The translations under genes were made by a program, and so were the position numbers. Below the pieces are notes generated by a model. The model searched no databases. It was not told where the DNA came from and saw only the letters and a program-made list of their open reading frames with translations. From NCBI GenBank assembly GCA_054600435.1, contig BAAIJX010000042.1, positions 182,455 to 202,454 of the forward strand: a stretch of 20,000 nt of DNA, read 5' to 3'. Shown one piece after another: positions 9,451 to 19,971 of this stretch. Within the stretch, counting starts at the first letter, position 1; every line of letters begins with the position of its first letter. Source of the stretch: Neophaeotheca triangularis. Its lineage: Eukaryota.

Positions 9451-12196
9451 ATGGCTGCTCTGCTAGTATCTCCTTGAGCAAATCGTCCTGAATGATATCC
9501 ATAATGAGCCCGCTGAAATCAGGATTTTCTGGGATCGAGTCTCTCACATCGTCGGCATGGACAGGTGGCGCCGGTTCATGAGTCGCTACTGGCAACGTGG
9601 GTGCAGGCAGACCTTCGGCTGGAGGAGGTGGTTCGGGTACGTCGAGCGTAGTTGCTGGTTCGTGTACGCCAATGCCGCTAGTATGCTCTGTGGCTGTTCC
9701 GGCCAACGTCGTTCTGTGTTTGAGGTGCTGATGATCTCTGGTTGGGTTCTTAGGAGGAGTCGTGTCAGTACTACAGCGAGCTACACGCACCTTCTTCGAA
9801 TGATGAATCGCAGTAACTATATGGTGCACATACCAAAGCGAAAGCCGCTAGAGAGTGGAACGGCAGGCATAGTCTGTGTAGTTTCCCAAATGGAACACTG
9901 GAATCCTTGAGCTCTTCCAGATATCCAACGAACTCGTCGATGAGCTGAAAGTCGTTGATGTCGCTTGTGATGACCACGTGGCAGAACAACACGAAGTAGG
10001 CTGTGAAGGGATAGTATAGGACGATACTGTGTATCGTCAGATCGAAGTAATGTCGAGATATGAAATAGCATCATCTGTTTTCACTCACCAGTGCGCAAAT
10101 GAGTTCATTCTATAGGAGCCGAATTGTGCTCTACGAAAAAGGCTGCGGAGACTCTTGAATTCGGACAGAGAAGCACGGGCGGACGTGAGTGCTACAAGTT
10201 CTTCCCCGAGCTCCGGCACGCTCCTGTCTTTCGAGCACAAGTGGCAGAGCACTGTTCGAATGCCATAGTAACAGAATTTAGCCATTCTTTGTTCGTACTC
10301 GAGATCGTCAACAGGTAGCTCATGTGCGTGTTCAAGGGGCAACTAAATCCAGCTTTGGTCAGTAGCCTATTGAATGTCTGCCTATGTATCCAGTCGTGTA
10401 CTCACATCTTGCACCATTTTCCAAGCGCTGTTCAATCCTCTCAGGACGGCCTTGATTTTCCCGGTAGCCTGGTCGTATTTGCCATTCAATCTTGCGAGTT
10501 GGAGATCGACAATTCCACTCTGAGCTATGGCAAGCTCTAGATAATAGTTTTGCAGAGCCTGTCTCATTGGTGGATCGGTGGGACGAGTAATCTGCCGAAG
10601 ATCGATGTGAATGTGATCGTCCGGTAGACATGGCGGTTTCCCGAGGTTCATGGCAAGCCCCTTGTCATTGATGTAGCTGACGAAGAGGCAATAGCGGGCG
10701 TTATACATCGAGTCTCGGCATGAGGGTAGCCATGATGCTTCTTCTTCCCGATGCAAGCCGAGTGTAATACACATGCTGCACGCAGCGGCAGTATACTGCC
10801 GTGATTGTTTGAAGTCACCGCGCTCTTGCGCATTGACGGACTATGGGTATTAGCAGGTGAATTGGACTAGTTGGCATGATAGAACTAGACCTCGCAAACT
10901 TACTCCGTAAACGAGCGCCTGTAAAGCAGGTAACGATGGTGCATATGCTGGACCGATACAGTCAAGTGCAGCCTGCGCAGTGTCAAAGTAAGCGGTGATC
11001 TCAGCTTGAAGATAATCCTCCAATCCCGTCTTCGCCTTGCACGTGGTAGTGTATTCCAGCAGGAAGTACGCCACGGTGGAATTAACACAAACCACGAAAG
11101 CCGCATGTTGAGGATGGTGCAGAGCGGTTTTTATCGCCAATGCCATCTGTACCAATGCTTGGCGTGACACGATAGGCAAGCCATCTGGTACAGACCACAG
11201 CGCATCTGCGGCGTGGACGGCTGGTGAAAGGTCAGCGAGCGACGATTAGCAAGTGGCGTGAGACGAGGGCGAGGAACTCACCGGTCAGCATCCATTGTAC
11301 AGTCTCTAACGGCGGCACGGTCCAGTCGCCCCTGCTTAGCCCGGCGGTTTCGCTACCCAAAGTCTGCCGCTCTTCGTCGACCCCATGCTGAGTTGTGGTT
11401 TGGAGCTTCAGTGTTTCGTTCAAGAGTGCAAGCGCAGATTGAAAGCCTCTTGCTGGAAATTGCCAATGCTCGGATTGTGCACCAGCTGGTCCTGGATTAG
11501 ATCATGGCCGTCCACAGCAGATTGGGGCGCTTTGAAATTATCGTGTCCCGCTCGCTGCCTCGACCACAACTGCGGCCCTGCTGGCACATCGTTGAACATT
11601 CCGCTCACAGGAGATGCTCCAGTGTACTTTCTTTTCTTTGATGCTTGAAAGCCAGCGCCCATGCTAGAAGTCTGACTTTGCGGACCAGGGGGGGCTGAAG
11701 ACTCGCTCGAATACTGACGACAGGGCGCATCCGTGACATTGTTCCGATCCCCGAGATGCGGGAGACCACGAGGTGTTATCGCCTCTTCGAGACGCACCAT
11801 TCTTGCCTGAAGGGTGGTGAGTGCAGCGCTGACTTCCAGCGTTGTTGATTCCCTAGGAAATATTCTCAGCCTCGTAAAATGGTCGGTAGGCCATGACTGG
11901 AACGCACTTGATGCTGGACCGGGGCTGTCCGGGCCTTTTCAATGGGAGTTTCTGCCGCTCGCGAAGGCATTTCGTCTCAGCGTCCCGGCAGTTGGCACAT
12001 GGACATTCACGGTCGCATTTGATCTGGCGAGTTGCACCGTCCGGAGTCAGCGACGGCTCCCAACGTACACGGTCTGAAGTACCTTTTTTGCATAGCACCT
12101 ATCGCACTATGAGGCAGTCAGCACAGCTGGATGACTTTATCGTATCTAGGAGCAGGCGATCAGTACCGCACCAAGTCTTCCACTGTGGCCATCCAT
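9440..12196 (-). pseudogene. Zn(II)2Cys6 transcription factor with fungal-specific TF (middle homology) domain, disrupted by a 1-nt frameshift at ~11440; exons 12196-12167, 12106-12083, 12023-11908, 11852-11282, 11220-10904, 10840-10406, 10342-10089, 10026-9834, 9748-9440
   Basis: The spliced N-terminus MDGHSGRLGA|CDRCYAKK|IKCDRECPCANCRDAETKC is a C-x2-C-x6-C-x5-C-x2-C-x6-C cluster, followed by coiled-coil-like LQARMVRLEEA. Later motifs are PSLPALQAL, CITLGLHR, YINDKGLAMNLGKP and YYPFTAYFVLFCHVV. All eight introns are GT..AG with CT(A/G)AN branch points. The exon total is 2249 nt, one short of a multiple of 3. The family call is secure; the pseudogene status depends on the indel being real. 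Confidence 0.8.
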
Positions 12197-12596
12197 CTTC
12201 AATCACATTGAATTGAACTGAGCATGAGTCTGATGAGTACGAAACGAAAGCTAAGTAATACCGCGGAATGCGGTGCCCTTGCATCAAGGATGGACTCGTT
12301 GCAGTGCCCTGGTGATTAATAAAGGTACCTTTATTGGGTATTACCTACCTATAAGATACCTTATTGATGGTCTTGGTCTTGGTCTTGGTCTTGTTGGTCT
12401 TGGAACTGGTTGACGTTGGCAGAGCAGAGCGACGATCTTTGCCCGATTCGATCGGAAGCCGGAAACTCATCAACTCCCTTCGGGCCAAGGCGGTCTCTTG
12501 ATGTCTTCCGAAGACAAAAAACAAAAGGAACGGACAGACGACGGCAAAGATGCTGTTTCTACTCAATCGCTCGTTGATGGTTGAGCAGATGCAATC
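12197..12596. promoter_or_regulatory. 400-bp bidirectional promoter between the TF and the ABC transporter, with candidate zinc-cluster sites
   Basis: Head-to-head ATGs. CGG-N4-CGG occurs twice: CGGAATGCGG (12264-12273) and CGGAAGCCGG (12453-12462). CCGCGG is at 12261-12266. Confidence 0.6.
12368..12403. repeat. (TGGTCT)n hexanucleotide microsatellite
   Basis: tggtct x4, tgt, tggtct, tgg, read directly from the sequence. Confidence 0.9.
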
Positions 12597-15500
12597 ATGT
12601 CATTTCCTCTGGACAGCGTGCCGAACGAGAGGACCGAACTCAGCCAGCAACCGCCCTCAGATGCACATACATCCGACAAAGCGCAACGTGAATGTACCGC
12701 TTCTTGTGAGAAGATACAAGATGGAGACTGCGCTTCGAACCAAGGCGCCACGAATGCTGGGGGGAACAATTTGGGACTAAAAAGTTACCTGGTACGTCGA
12801 TGCTAGGTGGTGTTACATGACAGCAAGGGAGCTGAATCTGATCAAACCTATATAGCGAATCTTCGCTTTCATGAGCGCGCTCGACGGTGTACTCAACGTC
12901 GTCGGAGCACTGGCGGCGGTAGGAGCTGGCACTGTACTGCCGTTGATGGCCTTGGTCTTTGGTTCATTCGTTTCCAAGTTCACCGATTTTGGTGCTGGGC
13001 AGACCACCCCAGAAGCTTTCCAAGCCGATGTCGATTCCTTCACGTAAGTACTCGCTCCAACGATGCATGCGCCGCCATTTGATGCTGACCCATTAGACTC
13101 TGGTTCATCTACCTTTTCATCGCCAAGTTCACTTTGACGTACTTGTCCGGGGTGAGCATCACAAGTTACAACTTTTAAGACCGAAAAACGTGAATCTGAT
13201 AGATTTCTAGGCAACCTTTACTGTGACAGCTTTACGGACTACAAAAACCATACGATCCGAGTTCATCAGAGCGGTCCTACGCCAGGAGATAGCGTTTTAC
13301 GACTCTTTTGGTCCTGGTGCCGTGGCCGTCAAGGCGACCACAAATCCAGATCTGGTCAACGCAGGTCTTTCCGAGAAACTCGCCCGAGTCATCCAATCTA
13401 TATCGATGATGGCGACAGCGCTTATCATTGCTCTTTTACAGAGTTGGAAGCTGACTTTGATCATCATTGCTGTGGTCTTCCCCCTCTTCATCATCCTCGG
13501 TGTCACCATGACCATCGAAGCCAACACCGACAGCCGTGTGCTAAAGCTCTACTCTGAGGCTGCCAATCTGGCGGAAGAGATTATCGGAAGCGTCAAGACA
13601 GTCTATGCTTTTGGCGCGACGACTTCCCTCCTGGCCAAATTCGACGGCTGGCTTGTCAAGGCTTCAGAGATGGGCTACAAGAAAGGTCCAACGCTGGGCA
13701 TAATGTATGCATCTGAGTTCTTCTTTTCGTTTGCGCCATACGCGATGGCATTCTGGCAATGCGCAAGAATGTATCTCAGTGGAGAGGTCGACTCTGTTGG
13801 TATACTGGTCATGTGAGTTACCCACTGAACGGTTGTGATCAGAACGTTTACTGACGTGCTTTCCGTCAGAGTTGTATTCGCAGTACTCATGATCTCGAAC
13901 GCCATCGGCCAGATCGCTCCTTCCACGTCGGCCTTCTCTCAAGCATCTTCCGCCGCTTCAGAGCTTTTTGAAGTGCTGGATAGGAAGTCTCTATTGGATC
14001 CGCAATCTGATGCTGGTGCAAAACCGGACCATGTCTTGGGAGGCATCGTTGTACGCGATGTAAGCTTTTCCTACCCATCCCGGCCGGACGTTACAGTTCT
14101 CCATAACATTTCATTCGACATTCCAGCGAACAAAGTCACTGCGTTCGTAGGTGCTAGTGGCTCCGGAAAGTCGACTCTGGTTTCCCTGCTAGAACGCTGG
14201 TACGAGCCAAGTGGAGGCTACCTGCGGCTGGACGGTCGCAATATCGATGAACTCAATGTCGGATGGCTTCGGAGCAAGATTCGACTGGTTCAACAAGAGC
14301 CAGTACTTTTCAACGATACAATCTTCAATAACGTCGCGCAAGGGCTTACGGGCACCGTTTACGAGCATGCAGATGAACCCACACGCAGACGCCTGGTCGC
14401 TGATGCTTGCATGGACGCCAACGCTGCCGAATTCATCGAAGCATTAACGGATAGCTACGACACGAACGTAGGCGAGAGGGGTGGCTTACTGTCTGGCGGG
14501 CAGAAGCAACGGATCGCGATCGCGAGAAGTATCATCTCCAACCCACCTATACTACTTCTAGATGAAGCGACTAGTGCTCTTGATGCGAACTCCGAAAAGG
14601 TTGTGCAGCATGCCCTGGACAGGGTCTCACAATCTACTACGACTATTGTCATTGCGCACAAACTGGCTACGGTGATGAAAGCCGACAACATCATTGTATT
14701 CGGTCAGGGGAAAGTCTTGGAGCAGGGTACGCATGAAAGCTTGATTCAGCATCAAGGCCCTTATGCATCTCTTGTCACCGCACAAAGCCTTGGGAACAAG
14801 CAAAGCGAGAAGCACATCTTACCCGCTCTTCACGATCAAGGTTCGGCACCAAACCTATCTTTGGGGAATCTCGAGGCGACTAAAGAAGCTGCAATTTCCA
14901 CGGCGCGTGATCCCGGTGTACGCCATGACGAGGATAATGCCATGCATCCACCCTCGCGCAGCATTCTTCACATATTGATCACATTCCTCGGTGAGAACTT
15001 GAACCTCTGGCCGATGTATCTTGTCTGTCTCGTGGCCTCACTTATCGGTGGTAAGTCATAAACACAAGAGCTCGCATATTCAGAAATCAACTGACAAACC
15101 TTTACTAGGAGCGGTCTATCCTGCACAGGCTCTGTTGTTGACGCGCTTGATCACTGCGTTTGAGCTCCCGGAAGAAGAGATTCAGGCCGAGGTGAACTTC
15201 TTCGCTTTGATGTTCTTCGTTATGGCCATTGTCCTTTCAATGGCCTACGCCTGTCTTGGATGGATCACGAACACGATCTCACAAGTGAGTCTTGCGTTCG
15301 CTCCACGGATTCAGTGTCCGTCGCTGATGAATCACTGATTCTTACTCGGAGGTATCGCTTTGAATTACTCGAGTCTATAATGCGCCAGGACATTTCCTTC
15401 TTTGACCAACAAGAGAACACTGCGGCCGCATTGACATCTCGACTTTCTACAGACACCACTGGCCTCCAGGAACTCGTGGGCATCAACTTGGCGCTCATGC

Positions 15501-17111
15501 TCATTGTGACCATCAACCTCACGTCGAGCGTAGCACTTGGTATCGCATATGGCTGGAAGCTCGGTCTGGTGGTGTTCAGCACGTTGCCGCTGATCTTTGG
15601 CTCCGGATATCTACGCCTTCGTCTGGAGTCCCGGTTTGAAGAAGAGAACTCGTCAGTCTTCAGCGAAAGTGCCCGATTCGCTAGCCAAGCTGTCGCAGCG
15701 ATGCGCACGGTTTCCTCCTTTACCCTCGAACAAGTGTTCTGGTCCGATTACGATCAGCGGTTGCAACAGCCACTCGAGAACCCATTCCGCAATATCGGCA
15801 TGTCAATGGTCTGGTATGCGCTCGCCGAATCCGTTGAGTTTCTAGTCATGGCTTTGGCTTTCTGGTATGGCGGCCGACTACTTGCCAGTGGCGAGTACTC
15901 GACAGAGCAGTTCTTCGTGATTTACATTGCTATTGTTTTTGGTGGAGAGGCTGCGGGCCAATTCTTCGCTTACACACCGAGTGAGCCGTCTCTGGATACG
16001 GCGCGGTTTGGAATTGGAGGCTGACATTTTCTTGACAGATATCACCAAAGCCCGTGCCGGTGGCAACTACGTCCTGGCACTTCGCCATCGTCGCACAGAT
16101 ATATCGGACGATCCTGATGCTCATGATCCCGACACAAGAGGGGACTACAATTTCGACAGCGCTCACTTCCACTACCCTCTAAGGGCAGACATTCCCGTTC
16201 TCAAAGGGGTTGATCTCAAGGTGAGCTTGCTCCACCAACACTACCATAGTCTGGAGTTTGAATTTTGACGGCTGCAGATTGATCACGGCTCGTCTGTAGC
16301 TTTTGTCGGGGGTTCCGGCTGTGGTAAATCTACCGCCATCGGTCTTCTAGAAAGGTATTACGATCCGACATCTGGTAAAATTCAACTGGGAGACCTCGCA
16401 TTACCACAGATGAGTTTGTCCGCCTACCGCAACAACATCTCCCTTGTGCCGCAGGAACCTACACTCTACCAGGGGACAATTAGAGACAACATCGCGCTAG
16501 GCGCAACTTCAGCCGTCACATTGGAAGACATCGAACGGGCGGCGCACGACGCCAACATACTGACATTTATCAAATCGCTCCCGCAGGGTCTCGAGACAGA
16601 CTGTGGTTCCAGAGGCACACAACTGAGTGGCGGGCAAAAGCAGCGAATTGCTATCGCACGGGCGATCCTGCGAAACCCGAATATCATATTGCTGGATGAA
16701 GCGACGAGTGCCCTCGATACCGAGTCAGAGAAGGTAACGCTGCCTCCGAGAAGACTCTACTTGCACAGACTGTCTGACTGCGCCTTTCCAGCTTATCCAA
16801 GAAGCCTTGAGAAATATAGGCCAAGGACGCACCATTGTCAACGTTGCACATGTGAGTAAGAGAAATATAACGTACGAGTGCATACACCGCTGACAGTGAC
16901 AGCGACTATCCACGATACGCTATTGCGACCAGATCTTCGTCTTCTTTGAAGGTAGCGTCGCCGAACGCGGCACTCACGATCAGCTGATTGCGCTGGATGG
17001 ACATTATGCAAAATTGGTATGTTGATGGATATTGCGGTATTAGATGCAAAGTCTGAGGCTTGTCGGCTGACAAACATCGAACAGTGCCAGGCACAATCTC
17101 TCGCCAATTAA
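12597..17111 (+). CDS. Full-size ABCB/MDR (P-glycoprotein-type) ABC transporter, TMD-NBD-TMD-NBD, ~1292 aa; exons 12597-12791, 12856-13043, 13097-13151, 13211-13812, 13870-15050, 15109-15284, 15338-15980, 16039-16220, 16278-16733, 16792-16851, 16903-17016, 17085-17111; intron 6 acceptor non-canonical
   Basis: NBD1: [44 protein letters not shown]2: [43 protein letters not shown] motifs: [47 protein letters not shown]. Ten of the 11 introns are canonical GT-AG and the exon total of 3879 nt is in frame. Confidence 0.93.
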
Positions 17112-17199
17112 CCCATGACTATGTATCAATTCGCGCTCCAGCGACGTTTATATGTATGAGGATTTCTCAAATATTTTTATCTCCTTTGTCCTACTGGCC

Positions 17200-18000
17200 T
17201 GTTTCAGGCTATCTCAAGTACGCCCACGTTGGCCGCATCGTCGATCTTCAAGTAGGATGAGCTCATCGTAAAACGACATGGGCTGAAAGACGGGGTTCTG
17301 TGCCTGGTCGATGGCTGCATGATTGACGGTGGCCGGGGTAGCGAGCATCCAATGAGTACATCAAGCCTGTAATCGATAATCAGCCTCCACCAACAACAGC
17401 CCGCCAAGAGCAAAGTAGGTGCTTCCACCTTGTCCCTGACCCCTAACCTGTGCGGCAGCGGTTCGATTAGTGGCTGTCACGTCTTCGTACCAGACCTCGC
17501 AAGAAGCAATCCCACCGAGGATGATTTCGAGCTTGAGCGAATTTGGCTGCTGATCGATACTGTCAACGAAGCCAAGTACAAAAGCAGCGGAAGAGATATC
17601 TGTGATCGTCAACCCTCGACGCTCTAGATCAACCTCCATAGTATATCCTCCCCCTTTCATCATTTCCGACTGATTGGACCTCAGGTACATCAACGCCGCG
17701 CCAAGCACTTACGCCAGGCCGTTCGTCGACGTTGCGGAGATGCTTGATGTGGACGAGAGAGCGGAGTAAGTGCACGATTGGTGATATGATATAATGGGCT
17801 CCAACCCTCTGACCAACGCGGCAGTCGTACGCTCAAACGGCGCCGCCATGATCGACCTTGGCTACTCCATGAGCTCACTCGGGTGCTGTCATTCAGCTTG
17901 CACCGAGCCGGCCGTTGACCAACTTTTACTCCGCTGGAGTGCTATCGAAAGAGATGCAGGCTCTGCCAACGATCAGAAGTGAAGAGAACAGGCATGAACA
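17200..18000 (+). pseudogene. Possible degenerate coding remnant of unknown family
   Basis: Protein-like segments in shifting + frames, interrupted by stops (DELIVKRHGLKDGVLCLVDG; DDFELERIWLLIDTVNEAKY; DLRYINAAPSTYARPFVDVAEMLDVDERAE). No motif recognised. Confidence 0.25.
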
Positions 18001-18215
18001 GGGGATCCAAGTCTGCGGAGTCCGATTGAGGTCCTGTACGATTTTATTTCAACTTCGGATTAATGTCAGCATCTGCGCATGGAAGACTTATCGCAGTCTC
18101 CCAACTCCTAAGTCCCCAGCTAGCTCACCAAAGCCAAACAAAACAAGATATACAAACATTGCGGAAAGATTTGTAAGCTTTGGCTCCAAACTTCAGTGAC
18201 CGGATTGAAAAAACA

Positions 18216-18311
18216 CGAGGTAGTTGGGAGGGGTCGGGGTTAAGCCGTCAAACGCTTCCTCATGGTTAGCTGCCTCAAGTTTCGGTCGTGAGTTCGAATC
18301 TCGATTCCTCG
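18216..18311 (+). ncRNA. tRNA-like / Pol III B-box-containing structured element (tRNA pseudogene or SINE-like head)
   Basis: B-box/T-arm GTGAGTTCGAATCTCG at 18288-18303, complementary ends CGAGG(TA)...(TT)CCTCG, and a D-loop-like GGGGTTAAGCCG. There is no canonical anticodon arm. Confidence 0.5.
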
Positions 18312-18329
18312 CGCCCTTACTGGATAAGT

Positions 18330-19265
18330 AAAAACCAGCCTAATAACTTATGGTTATTGGGTGCATTTAAATGGTGTTTCTCCCTCAGTACTTAATCGGA
18401 AAGGAGGGTTCTTTTTGCAGTTTTTGAGGTCGATGGCTGTTGAGCATGGAAGGATGTTGGTGAAAATGGAGAATATTCCAATGAGGAGACCTAGGTTAAG
18501 GCTACTAGGGGGTGAGGATTTCACGGGCATTGCGCTACCTAGTCTGGTTGGCTCAGTTGACAATAGACGAAGAGAAACGCAACACCTAGAGGCAATTAAC
18601 GTCTACTATAGAAGCTTCTTCGGACCCCTATCTAGCCCGCGGCCTCATTTGAAGTCCTCCATTATCTAGGGACACCGACACCGAATCCACCTTATATAGC
18701 TTCAAACCGAGCAGTTCTCCGGCAAACCGCACTCGACTTAGCACTACTAAGCGTGAACTACTAGCATCTAACCCCATCCCGTTAACAAACCGAGCGTCCA
18801 TGACCGACGGAAACTCGACACTAATTGACCTTGCCTTTACCCTAAATAGTGACCGTCTATTAAAATCACTCCTATTAAAGCAGCTAGGAGTCTACACTAC
18901 CTCTTCTAGCTGCTACACCACGACTAACCACTCTAACCCTAACCAAAAAAAAGACAAAAAAAAAGAAGACCTAACTCTAAATCAAAACAAGTTCCCTATG
19001 CCCTACGCGCACCGTCGACCTGACTAAAGTCCCTCGATCCTCTAAAGCGACCAATAGCCATCGAATCAAACAACGTAACTAATAAACCCCGAAACATCCA
19101 CTTCCGCTACTACGTACGGACTCTATTCTAGCACATCGACCGAGGTAACTAGATCGACGACTACACGTAGTAGAGGACGAGAAGAGTCGAGGTAGCTAGC
19201 TAGCTAGCGATTCGAGCCGGTACGAGTATAGACTAACCGGCCGGTTGTTCGCTCGTATAGCTTAG
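18330..19265. other. RIP-like degenerate repeat DNA
   Basis: TpA- and CTAG-rich sequence (ctaggttaaggctactagggg, gaactactagcatcta, gtagctagctagctagc) with no credible ORF. The element family cannot be recognised. Confidence 0.55.
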
Positions 19266-19683
19266 AGACGCGGGATAGATGACAACTACTTACTCACTTA
19301 CTCACTTACTTACTCACTCATTTACGTACTTACTTACTTACTTACTTACCTACTAATACTCACTTACATACCTACTTACCTACTCACAATCACCTACTTA
19401 CCTACCTACTTACTTACTTACCTTTCACAATCACCTACTTACCTACCTACTTACTTACTTACTTACTCACTAACTCACTCACCTACTCACCCACCTACCT
19501 ACCTTCCTACCTACCTTCCTACCTACCTACTTACCTACCTTCCTACCTTCCTACCTACCTACCTTCCTACCTTCCTACCTACCTACCTACCTACCTACCT
19601 ACCTACCTACCTACCTACCTACCTACCTACCTACCTACCTACCTACCTACCTACCTACCTACCTACCTACCTACCTACCTACC
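19266..19683. repeat. Compound tetranucleotide satellite: (ACTT/ACTC)n grading into (CCTA/CCTT)n, perfect (CCTA)n at 19574-19683
   Basis: Read directly; about 27 perfect CCTA units at the right end. Confidence 0.97.
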
Positions 19684-19754
19684 CGTAGAAAGAAGTCCCG
19701 AACTCGAAACATCTCCCGACATGGCATAAAGCCGCTCGCACGCCTCTACATCTA

Positions 19755-19960
19755 CCCTAGCCAACCTAGCCTAGCCTATCTCAGCCTATCCTAACCTAGC
19801 CTATCCTAACCTAGCCTATCCTAACCTGGCCTATCCTACCTATTCTAGCCTATCCTAGCCTATCCTACCTATGCTAATCTATCTAGCCTATCCTAGCCTA
19901 TCCTAGCCTATCCTAAACTATCCTAACCTAACCTAGCCTAGCTAAGCCAAGCCAAGCTTA
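19755..19960. repeat. Degenerate pentanucleotide satellite (CCTAG/CCTAT/CCTAA, ending in GCCAA/GCTAA)
   Basis: cctagcctatcctaacctagcctatcctaa... read directly. Confidence 0.92.
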
Positions 19961-19971
19961 AGAAATCAAAA

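Noticed and set aside
11486..11608. Cryptic intron (GTGAGC...CTAAT...CAG) that might repair the TF frameshift
   Set aside because: The candidate CAG acceptors give lengths of 117, 123 or 156 nt, all multiples of 3, so the frame is not corrected.
12345..12566. 73-aa minus ORF with KTKTKT tail
   Set aside because: It is a translation of the TGGTCT microsatellite within the TF-ABC promoter.
17017..17025. ABC transporter ending at GTA TGT TGA
   Set aside because: GTATGT..GCTGAC..CAG forms a canonical intron to a last exon CQAQSLAN*, which mirrors the AQSL motif after NBD1.
12813..17107. Minus-strand ORFs within the ABC transporter
   Set aside because: Antisense shadows of a well-supported coding gene.
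18241..18260. Selenocysteine or opal-suppressor tRNA (TCA in AAGCCGTCAAACGCTT)
   Set aside because: The stem is 4 bp with an 8-nt loop, U33 is absent, and there is no tRNA-Sec acceptor or D-arm geometry.
18295..18350. HDV-like ribozyme suggested by TTCCTCGC
   Set aside because: I could not build consistent P1/P2/P3 pairings by eye; an Infernal or RNArobo search would be needed.
18932..18944. Interstitial telomeric sequence TAACCCTAACC
   Set aside because: About two units only; expected by chance in TA- and C-rich DNA.
19266..19470. Starship boundary suggested by TTAC repeats
   Set aside because: TTAC here is simply the satellite unit, and no captain recombinase or paired boundary is visible in the window.
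19755..19960. Telomere repeat array
   Set aside because: The units are mixed 5-mers (CCTAG/CCTAT/CCTAA), not the CCCTAA of filamentous ascomycetes. A C-rich + strand would also mark a left end, not a right end.
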